57,856 nucleotides of DNA from Chrysochromulina tobinii (Eukaryota). The notes beneath the pieces are model-generated. The model did no database searches and was not told the DNA's origin. It was given only the letters and a program-made list of their open reading frames with translations. The first letter of the stretch is position 1, and the number at the start of each line of letters is the position of its first letter. Location: the NCBI GenBank assembly GCA_001275005.1, contig JWZX01003305.1:1-57856 (forward strand), read 5' to 3'. The translations under genes and the position numbers were made by a program. Shown in pieces: positions 44,168 to 52,715 of this stretch.

Positions 44168-45328
44168 TCACACTTGACTCGGCACTGCGGGCACACGAGA
44201 CAATCGTTCATACACACCGTTGTGTCGCGCGACTCGCGCGCACACATGTCGTACTACTTGCTCTCCGCCAGCCGCGTCATAATTGAGGAGATCGGCCACC
44301 TTTCTAGCGTAAGCCATCCAAGGCCGCACCTGCTCTTCGCTCCATGTTTTCCAAACGTCGAGATCGGAGCCCAGACTCTGCGGACTGCTCCAGAGGGCCA
44401 CCCGGCTGTAGTTGATGGCATCGCCAAAGGCGAGGCCCTTCCAAGACAGATCAGCAAAGACCGGCACACAGCCGCTGTGCGACGCAAAGAAGATAGCCTC
44501 CAAGTACTTGCGGGTGTTGGGATAGTCGCCGCCTGCAACGACGCAGAACTTGTGGTCCAGGCCCGCTCGATGGTACTCTGCCGGCTCGAGTCTCGACGGA
44601 AGAACGGCTCTTCCAGCCGCGATGAAATCGTGTTCGAAGTTCGGCTCCCGCATCAATGCCCTGCACTTGTGCTCAAAAGGTATGGGTTTCAGGTTGCACA
44701 TCGACGTGTCCTCAGGGCCTAAGAGCTGTGTGCAGTGCTCCTTCCACTTGCCATTACGTACGCATTCGAGCCCTACGCCGAGTGTCCAGACATTGTGCGA
44801 GACGACCGTCACATCGGAGCGGTTGTAGAGCTGCTTCCAGATTCGCCAGCGCGAGGGTGACACGTAGAGCTGCGGGACGTTGCCAACGAAGAGGGCTGTG
44901 CGTCTCGTCGCCCAAGGAGCTGCGGGCATGAGACGGCCCAGCCAGCTCGTGAAATGTTCCAAATTGAACGGCACCAAAATCTGCTGATTCGATGCCACCA
45001 TCTCTGAAAAGTAAAAGCCCGACGAGGGGATCTTCGCGACATTATTCCCTCGGAGCCGGGATTCTATAGAAAAGTAGGAGAAGACGACAGGAAGGCGTCT
45101 AGAGTTATTCACCAGCGTCGACATCTCGCTGATGGCGGCGTACCGCTTATTATTGCGGAAGGTGAGATCAGCGCCAAAGAGGATGAAATCGGCCTCGGCT
45201 AGCGGCGTCGAGTTGATATGCCGAGCAATGGGAGCAAACACGTCGTACTGTGGGTCGTAACTGTTGCGATCCCGACCCTCGGGCAGCGTCTGGTGGCGTG
45301 GCCTGTAGATATGCACCTTACACGCCAT
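44168..45328 (-). CDS. Exostosin-family (GT47) glycosyltransferase; start uncertain
   Basis: KVHIY; AEADFILF; RRTALFVGN; HKFCVVAGGDYPNTRKYLEAI...GCVPVF; AFGDAINYSRVAL. Confidence 0.75.
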   Translation of the reverse strand: MACKVHIYRPRHQTLPEGRDRNSYDPQYDVFAPIARHINSTPLAEADFILFGADLTFRNNKRYAAISEMSTLVNNSRRLPVVFSYFSIESRLRGNNVAKIPSSGFYFSEMVASNQQILVPFNLEHFTSWLGRLMPAAPWATRRTALFVGNVPQLYVSPSRWRIWKQLYNRSDVTVVSHNVWTLGVGLECVRNGKWKEHCTQLLGPEDTSMCNLKPIPFEHKCRALMREPNFEHDFIAAGRAVLPSRLEPAEYHRAGLDHKFCVVAGGDYPNTRKYLEAIFFASHSGCVPVFADLSWKGLAFGDAINYSRVALWSSPQSLGSDLDVWKTWSEEQVRPWMAYARKVADLLNYDAAGGEQVVRHVCARVARHNGVYERLSRVPAVPSQV

Positions 45329-45615
45329 GACGAGAGAAGTTGACCTTTTTGTAGTTCGAGCGCGTCGTCCCAAGCGCTCCCCATTCACCCGCAAGGACCC
45401 ACACTTTCGCATCTTCCAACATTGAGCGAACATGCTTGCGATTCCAAATTGAATCCGGGGTGTCTTGATTGGTGTGCGCATTGTTGGTGTGTGGGTGTGT
45501 GGCACAGGGTGTGATCCTGTGTGTGCACTGTGCAGCATCTGCTGTGTCCTGGGAATGTTGTGTCTGGCCCTCGGAGCCGGACCTTGCATGCGCCGTGATC
45601 TCGGCGTGAACATGC

Positions 45616-46338
45616 TTAAATGGAACACGCGCCATCCCGCGCGGTACGCGGGGCTGAACAGCTGTCATACACTTCATCGCCGCCAAACGCTCCATCGTCC
45701 TCTTCGGCCACGCCACCACCCCCAATTCCACCGACCCCAATGCCGCCAATGCTGGCGAGGTGAACGACCGCTTCCTGCTGCGCCACTGCGGCAAAGGGAC
45801 TGGCACGCTTGCAGAGGTAGGAAATCGCCGCCAGCGTTAGCGTCATCGCTGGGAGCGCAATCATGGCGCTCATTAGCCCGATTGGCTCATCCGGAACCTG
45901 GTTCCGGGGATCCGGATAGAGTCCCTCTCGAATCAATCTCGACCCTTTCCAATCAGTTACGGTCTCCTCAAATTCATCTGCCGCCGACACATCCCGGGCT
46001 CGCTCAAGGTTATGCAAATGTGGATGACGAGGCGACCTCGGCGGAGGCGATGGAGATGCACGAGATTGAGATGCACTGGATTGCGGTGCCGCACCACTGC
46101 TCAAATTGTATCTGTTCCTCAGTGACTTTACGCTAGCCTCCACGCACGACTTCCTCTTTTTCTGGTCGAAGATGTTGAACACTTTAATGTCACAGCGCCC
46201 GGTGGTTGCATAGTGCTCGACACCGGCATCATTGGCCTCAGTCAGACGTTCGTCGACATTCTTGGTAGACGAAGGCGTCGGCGTGGAAAGTCTTCGACCG
46301 TTCGAGCACATAAGGAAGCAGAGCATCGCGAAATGCAT
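45616..46338 (-). CDS. Hypothetical protein with an N-terminal leader and one transmembrane segment
   Basis: Open frame; MHFAMLCFLMC leader; GLMSAMIALPAMTLTLAAISYLC hydrophobic stretch. Confidence 0.4.
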   Translation of the reverse strand: MHFAMLCFLMCSNGRRLSTPTPSSTKNVDERLTEANDAGVEHYATTGRCDIKVFNIFDQKKRKSCVEASVKSLRNRYNLSSGAAPQSSASQSRASPSPPPRSPRHPHLHNLERARDVSAADEFEETVTDWKGSRLIREGLYPDPRNQVPDEPIGLMSAMIALPAMTLTLAAISYLCKRASPFAAVAQQEAVVHLASIGGIGVGGIGGGGVAEEDDGAFGGDEVYDSCSAPRTARDGACSI

Positions 46339-46460
46339 TTTTCGAGCGCGAGCGGATTCGAAAAAATTTATAAAGAAATTGAGCACAGAACATCGATCGC
46401 GGGTTATAACCTGCTACACACTCTTCGCTCATTTCGGTAATCTCGTGGTGTGAGAAACCA

Positions 46461-46958
46461 ATGCAGTCCCTCCCGATCTTGCTGCTCCTCTTGCCAGCTG
46501 GCACTGCGCTATTTGTCTCGCCGCGCCGTGCACATCTTCAGCAGGCCGCCGCCGCCGCTGCCGCCGCCGCTGCAGCGTTTCCGCTCGTAGCTCCAGCCGT
46601 TGCCGACGAGGATCCTCTTGTAACTCGCCTCCGAGATGCACAATCGCGACTGGAGTCAGCGCAATTCGCACTGAATGAGGGTAACATTGACCAAGTGCGG
46701 CAGGCAGTCAAGGCCGCCGTCACACCGCTCACAATGAAGGGTTACCTCGGTTCATCCGTCAAGTCGCGGGCGCAAGATTCGGGCTCCACTGAGCTTCTCG
46801 AGGCCCGTACCACGCTCCTGAAAAACTTGGGCATCGTGGACAAGTGGTGCTACGATCGGCAAACGAGCTTCGGTCAGTCGTCGAGCGATTCCACTATACC
46901 CACCAGTGCGCTGCGTGAGAGCGTCGTAGCGATCGATAAGGTGATCGAGCTCTTGTGA
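46461..46958 (+). CDS. Probable thylakoid-lumen protein (PsbQ-like helical bundle)
   Basis: Signal peptide, then RR plus an Ala-rich hydrophobic stretch and APAVA cleavage site, followed by an amphipathic helical domain. Confidence 0.6.
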   Translation: MQSLPILLLLLPAGTALFVSPRRAHLQQAAAAAAAAAAAFPLVAPAVADEDPLVTRLRDAQSRLESAQFALNEGNIDQVRQAVKAAVTPLTMKGYLGSSVKSRAQDSGSTELLEARTTLLKNLGIVDKWCYDRQTSFGQSSSDSTIPTSALRESVVAIDKVIELL

Positions 46959-47088
46959 TTGTTTGTCTCTGTATATCCGTCGGTACCATGGTACCGGGCC
47001 GCAGCCGACGGACCCATGCCAAAAAAAACCCACAGTAAAGCGCCTTCGGCAGGTTTTGCAGGCCGACTTCTACATGTAGGCGAAACGG

Positions 47089-48165
47089 TTACGCGCGCTC
47101 GACGGAGCTGGCCGCTGGCGCGCTAGCCGGCCTAGCTGCCCCCCGCGTCCACGGCGGCACCTGCGGGTCTTTACCGGCTGGGTCGCTCGCGAATTCTCCG
47201 CGCATGTACCTCTCGACGAGCCCACGTATGCGATAGCTGCCGATGAGGACTTCGAGCGGCCCGGCGTCGAACTGACCACCAGGTGGCGCGATCGTGCTGC
47301 CGCTACCTCCCGCCATCGCCGCCGCCGCCTCGGCCTCAATGCACAAGCGCGCGAACTCTGCCGGGGAGATACGGTTGCTGTACTCGGGATGGTCGGGATC
47401 ATCCACGCACGCCGCGCAGGCCATCGTGGCTCCTATCTCCTCCGGGCTGAAGCCGAGCGCGATCATCATCGTGCCGAGATCGTCCACTTGAATCAGGCCC
47501 ATCCGGTCGCGGTCGACGGCCTTGAAGCACTCGTGCAGCTCAGCTTTTCTCGCCTTGGTGACCGTGCGGTGTGACGGGAGCCTCGCACGCACTTCAAGGA
47601 AGCGATCCGTCTGGAAGTCGAGCTCGTATTGCTGGTACTGGCGGCGCTGGCGTGGAGAGAGCCTATGGTCGGGCCGGTGGACGGTCAGATTTGGCGGCGG
47701 CGGCGGCGCCCGCGCGGCGGCCCTGGCGCGGTTTGCACGGCTGGGAGAGCTGGTGGCGCAAACTCGCCGGCCGTGGATATCATATGTTGGTGGCGCGGCG
47801 GCGGGCGCCGTGCCTGAATGCAAGAGCATGGGAGCCTTTCCGGTGAATCGCGTGAGGTCGGGCGCTGCTGATGGCCGCGCGTATATAGGCAGGTACACTC
47901 TGTCGGGCAATGCTGACGGCCGCGCGGATTGAGGTCGGTTCGAAGCCAACCGCGGTGAGGAGAGCGGAACTCGGCCTCGCGCCGACTGTGGCCTAATGTC
48001 CTGGAACGGTGCTGTCGGTGCTTCTGGGTAGGGTAGGTGCTGCACGATGCGACGGCCGGCCTTGAAGAGATCGGACGCCGCGAGCGGCGGCTCAACCATC
48101 ACATTGCCATACCACACTCCCGGCTGCTGTGCCCGTGTGCTGGATTCTGCTGGTTTGGCTGGCAT
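47089..48165 (-). CDS. Protein with a Pro-rich N-terminus and centrin-like EF-hand C-terminus
   Basis: KAELHECFKAVDRDRMGLIQVDDLGTMMIALGF; ISPAEFARLC. Confidence 0.7.
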   Translation of the reverse strand: MPAKPAESSTRAQQPGVWYGNVMVEPPLAASDLFKAGRRIVQHLPYPEAPTAPFQDIRPQSARGRVPLSSPRLASNRPQSARPSALPDRVYLPIYARPSAAPDLTRFTGKAPMLLHSGTAPAAAPPTYDIHGRRVCATSSPSRANRARAAARAPPPPPNLTVHRPDHRLSPRQRRQYQQYELDFQTDRFLEVRARLPSHRTVTKARKAELHECFKAVDRDRMGLIQVDDLGTMMIALGFSPEEIGATMACAACVDDPDHPEYSNRISPAEFARLCIEAEAAAAMAGGSGSTIAPPGGQFDAGPLEVLIGSYRIRGLVERYMRGEFASDPAGKDPQVPPWTRGAARPASAPAASSVERA

Positions 48166-48627
48166 TAGGGCACCAGCCGCACCGTGCTCATTTAGGTCGA
48201 GTATCCATGTTTTGAAGGAACGAAGTGTGAAGCAAGCACGCAAGCACGCTTGCTTGAAGTGTGACTGTTATTTGCAACTGTTAATAGCATCTTATCACTT
48301 TCAGGGTGTAGTTAGTCAGTTTTATATGTCGCTGTCCCCCCGCGCTCACCACATGCAACCATTATGCAACCATTATGCAACCGAGTGTGTAGTTCACACG
48401 TAGACGTAAAATTGAGCCGCACATCGAGGCTCACGTAACGCCCTCGACGGCCGGGTACATCCGTCGGGATGCGGACATGCGGTGGACGAGGATGACTCTG
48501 TGGCACAGAGGGACTTGTGCCCACACGGAACAGGCTTGACCCGCTGAGATGGGCGAGATGCGCGCGCGCCACCTGGGCGCAAGCACCATTCCCTGCTCCT
48601 CCTGCTGCTACTGCTGTGCGCCGCGCG

Positions 48628-49583
48628 TCAGTCGATGCAGACGCCGGGCCCCGCCCTCCTGCGCATCGCTTTTCGCACGCGCGTATCGGTGCCCAACTCG
48701 GCGTCGCTGCCGCTCTCGGCCGTGCTCTCGGCGCGCGAAGTGAGGCGTGCGAGCCGCTCGTTCTCGAGCGTCAGCTGCTCATTCTGCTGCGCAAGCGCTG
48801 AGATGGCCGCCATCAGCTTGCTCGGCGACATGAGGCACTCTGCCATGTGTCGCTCGAGTGGCGGTCCGCCGATGCATGCATGGCCGCACCCAAATGGGCA
48901 CATGACGGGTGAAAGCGGGAGCGCCGGGCAGCGCTGCGCATGCACGGCGAGCTCGCGGCGCGGCAACTCGGCGCCGCAGCCCTCGTTTGGGCACGTCACG
49001 CTCACGCACTGGCACTGCAAAGCCAAATGGCTGAGCAGCTCTCCGCGCCTGCCCACCCAAGCGCAGCCCGACTTGGCCAGCTGGCAGCGCGTGTCCACGT
49101 TGGAGACGAGGCGCTCGGCGAGCCTATCGGGCTGCAGCACTGAGGCCTCCACTGGTGCTCGACACTCGGGGCACTCGGGCTTGAGCGGCAGCCAGGTTTG
49201 CAAGCAGCCCTCGCAGAAGATGTGCCTGCGCGAGAGAGGGAGAGAGAGAGAGCGATTGAGAGAGAGAGAAGCAGCGGCGGGTGAGCAATGAGGCGGCGAC
49301 GGCACGCCATCAATCAGCAGCATGGCGTGAGCAACCCGCACTCTGGCTGGCCGGCTGCGCGCGCTTCTGGCCGGGTGCGCAGCAGCAGTAGTGCATGGGT
49401 CGCAAAGCTGTACCCGCATGCCGTACGGGTGGGCCGCACGAAGAGGCCAGTGCAGATGGCGCAGCACAGGTTCTCGTCGGCAGGTCGGCACAGCAGCTCC
49501 TCCGAGAATCGGCTCGATGCGCCTGCAATCGCCTTCTCAGGCGTGCGCAGGTCCTGCCTTGGAGCGCATAGAGTCTGATCCAT
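48628..49583 (-). CDS. RING + TRAF-type zinc-finger E3 ubiquitin ligase; exons 49583-49414 and 49225-48628
   Basis: CAICTGLFVRPTRTACG|HIFCEGCLQTWL..CPECR (C3HC4); GCAWVG..LLSHL; CPNEGC...H..RC; CPFGC. Confidence 0.9.
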
Positions 49584-49771
49584 GGAGCGCTTTTGCCTTT
49601 CGCCCTTTTCAGGCAACTTGCCCGCCAAAAACGGCGCAGGAATGGGCCTGCTCGCGTGTCGAGCAGATTTTTTGTGCAGCACCGGCGGCTCTGCGTTCTC
49701 CGGCAGGCTGAGCTTCCTCGGCGCTGCCCTCGATTACGGGCCGATACACAGGTCCCCGCTCTGTTGGAGAA

Positions 49772-51394
49772 ATGGAGATTTCTTCTAATTCGAGAGCAAA
49801 CCACCTCGTGGCCCTCTCCTTCCTCGACTCGCTCGAGCCTCCGCTCGCTACCAATTCTCGCCAAGCCCTCCTTTCCGCACTCGAGAGCTCGGGCCAAGGC
49901 CTCTCATGCCTCTCGCGCTTGGACGGGGACGCGCTCAAGGAGATTGGCGTGGTGTCCCCCATGGAGCGCGCGAGTCTGCTCGCGGCGGCTGCGGATGGTG
50001 GGGTGATGGCGCCGCCGCCCAGGATGGACCCGCCAGGCCCGGTCGTGGTCGAAGTGAAGTTCGGCTTCATAGAGCTCTCGGCGATCGACACGATCAACCA
50101 GAGCTTCCGCTGCCGCTTCTTCCTCGACCTCACCTGGGAGGATCCGCGGCTCATCGGCGCCTCGTCGGTGCCCGACGGGACGTGGTTCCCGAAGGGCGTC
50201 TACATCATCAACGCGCATGGCGCGCTCGACATCGCAGCGTACTCCAAGCCGATCCTCGTCGACAGTGCGACGGGCCGCGTGCTGTGGGCGCAGGACATCC
50301 AGGGAGCCATCACCAACCAGATGAGCCTCGCGGCATTTCCTTTCGACACGGACGTGCTCGAGGTCTACGTGCACCAGGCCGAGGAGGCCAGCCGCGACGA
50401 GTACGTGCTCAGGCCCTACGGCGGGGGGTGGAACGGCTACCGCACGCGCAGCTCGGAAGAGACGCTCGAGCTCGAGTCCCGGAGCACGCAGTGCTTCTTC
50501 GACGTGTTCACGTGGGTGGACGAGTGGAGCGTTGGCGGCTTCTCTATCGAGGCGTACGAGACCGTGGGCGGCAACGGCGTCGAGTACTCGGAATGCCACC
50601 TCTATCTGCACGTGGCCCGGCGCTGGACGTACTACGCGTGGAAGATCGTGCTGCCGCTGTGCATCTGCACGGCCTTCTGCCTCACCGCGTTCCTCTATGA
50701 GGCGGAGGATCTCGCCAACCGCAACGGCATCTCGGTCACCATGTTCCTCGCCACCTCGGCGCTGCTCTTCGTCGTGGCCGCGCTGCTGCCCAAGACCTCC
50801 TACCTGACCGCCATCGACCGCTTCGTGGTGCAGACTCTCGTGATCCAGTTCGCCATCGGCGTGTGGAGCTGGCTCATGTTCGCCGTCGTGCGCGTGCGCC
50901 TCGACGAGGGCGCAAGGGACCGGGCGGACCTGGTCGCCTTCCTTGTGCTCGCCGGCGCGTACGTGCTCTGCGTCTGCGCCTTCTTCTGGAGGCCGTTGCT
51001 CGCGGGGAACGTGACGGACCACGGCCGCCACCGTCTCCTCGCGCGGCAAGGGGCGCTGCTCGAGAGGCCCACGCCGCCACCGCCTGGCCCGAGCGGGCAC
51101 CATCTCGACTCGGGCAGGATGGGTGACGAGGACGAGACGCGGATGACGCGCTTCCACCGCTTCGAGATGGGGCGCAATGTCTGGCCTCGAAAGGTCCCGG
51201 GCGAGCTCCCCGTGAACATGCTCCAACCGCACTGGAGCCGCAAGGAACCAGGGAGCCTGAAGGTTACTTCTGTGGAGCGGCTCTCACCCGACGAGTTCAC
51301 GAAGAAGGGCGGTTATGCTGGGGTGAAGGTAGCCACAACGAGCAAGGCATTAGAGCGGGCGAGACCTCGGGAGGCTGACCTTCATATGTGCTGA
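49772..51394 (+). CDS. Cys-less pentameric ligand-gated ion channel with an N-terminal SAM-like domain
   Basis: IDTINQSFRCRFFLDLTWEDPRL; WFP; SLAAFPFDTDVL (Pro-loop without the Cys pair); YYAWKIVLP; LPKTSYLTAIDRF; four TM segments. Confidence 0.85.
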   Translation: MEISSNSRANHLVALSFLDSLEPPLATNSRQALLSALESSGQGLSCLSRLDGDALKEIGVVSPMERASLLAAAADGGVMAPPPRMDPPGPVVVEVKFGFIELSAIDTINQSFRCRFFLDLTWEDPRLIGASSVPDGTWFPKGVYIINAHGALDIAAYSKPILVDSATGRVLWAQDIQGAITNQMSLAAFPFDTDVLEVYVHQAEEASRDEYVLRPYGGGWNGYRTRSSEETLELESRSTQCFFDVFTWVDEWSVGGFSIEAYETVGGNGVEYSECHLYLHVARRWTYYAWKIVLPLCICTAFCLTAFLYEAEDLANRNGISVTMFLATSALLFVVAALLPKTSYLTAIDRFVVQTLVIQFAIGVWSWLMFAVVRVRLDEGARDRADLVAFLVLAGAYVLCVCAFFWRPLLAGNVTDHGRHRLLARQGALLERPTPPPPGPSGHHLDSGRMGDEDETRMTRFHRFEMGRNVWPRKVPGELPVNMLQPHWSRKEPGSLKVTSVERLSPDEFTKKGGYAGVKVATTSKALERARPREADLHMC

Positions 51395-51560
51395 AGCCGG
51401 TGACGCTCATGAAGTTGACGTGTCGGGCCTCTCGGCATCCAGACCCGTTGCACGTGTATACTGATCCAGGCAAGATCGGGCTTGTCGCGCGCACGGAGCG
51501 GCGGCGGGATGAAGTGCACAAAGAGAGCCGACTCGGGTACGACCACAGGCTGCTCCGCGG
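51363..51560 (-). pseudogene. Frameshifted 198-bp copy of 28599-28795 (fragment of the 28191-29153 gene)
   Basis: Near-identical sequence with a 1-nt insertion (GTGTATACTGATCC versus GTGTGCACGATCC). Confidence 0.85.
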
Positions 51561-51716
51561 CCACTCCCGCAGCCAGCCGAGCTTCAAGCCGAGCTAGAGC
51601 GTAGAGGGACAACCTTAACTGTCATACCGGATACGGGAAATGTGACATTAGGCTTTAGCGTAGGGCTATAGAAGAGATGACTTTAGATAGATAGTTTGTG
51701 GGTTTGATCCTACTAC

Positions 51717-52313
51717 TCAGACAAAGGTGCTGTCTGGCCTCCGTTCGAAATCGCGCGCATCTGGTCGCGGTAGGCTACCAAATGGGGTGGTTTGGATGTC
51801 GGCAAGCCGGCGCTGCCAAGCGCTCGTGAGGCCCAGCTCTCGAGCGCCAGTGCGTATCAAGCCGAGGTACCGTTTGGAAGGTGGGAGCTCAACAGGCGAT
51901 GCGAGCAAGCCAGAGCCCAGCGTCCACGCCTTTACGCTCCCGCCGTTGTACAGCTGCACAGTGACCTCTCGGACCTGGTAGCCCAGCGGCCCACCAAACG
52001 GAACGCCCTCGCTCGCAAGCAGTCGAACCCAGTCAGCCAGGGTCAGCTGAAATACGCCACCGTGGCATTCGTCGTCCTTGTTCGATGAAGGCATGATGGA
52101 TGCAAACGCCGGCTCCAGCGGCGAGAAGCCGATCATGTTGAATGCAAGGCGCTAACCTTTCACAAAGCCGGGCGCCATGGACAGCGGACGGAGCCCGCGG
52201 CGATTCTCTCGCACAGTCGCGCACATGTTTGACCCAAACGCGAAGTAGGTGATCCGCAGCCCGTCGGGCTGCGATGGCCGCACAAGGGCGAGCGCGCCTA
52301 CAAGCGTGAGCAT
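51717..52313 (-). pseudogene. Gamma-glutamylcyclotransferase-like gene with an in-frame TAG at codon 54
   Basis: Leader MLTLVGALAL; YFAFGSNM; FVKG-TAG-RLAFN; ECHGGVFQL; SEG...YQV; PSKRYLGLIRTGARELGL. Confidence 0.7.
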
Positions 52314-52715
52314 CCGTATCGGAAAGTACCCGACGAGGTCCTAGGAAAGATGCGAAAAAGTAACTTCAAATCTCGCCGAAATGGTCAGCTCTGAAACCGC
52401 GAGGATACCTCCCCCCCCCCAAACACAGGCGCGCGCGCGCCCGATTGCATATGTATGGTATACGCGAAAGTCAATTCAAATTTAAATGAGAGAAACTGCA
52501 AACTCTCGACTCCAGCGAGCACCGTCGTAAGAGGTAAGTCGACTTGACATTGACTTGACACCAAAGACACCGGACACTTTTCTATTTATTGGAAAAGCGC
52601 TCCGGCTGCGCATCGAAAACCCCACTGAATTCCGAGGATATGCCGTACCAAAAGCTGTGTTTCGTGTGCAGTGAGTCAGCCCGGTCCGGTCAAGCAGGGC
52701 TCTCGTCTTCGCGGG

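Noticed and set aside
12464..45328. Glycosyltransferase and glycosidase genes as a biosynthetic cluster
   Set aside because: They are scattered among unrelated housekeeping genes; there is no evidence of functional clustering.
46981..46996. Perfect 16-bp palindrome CGGTACCATGGTACCG (and GTACGTATACGTAC at 33189-33202)
   Set aside because: Isolated short palindromes between convergent genes; no evidence of function, and bacterial-type terminators do not apply here.
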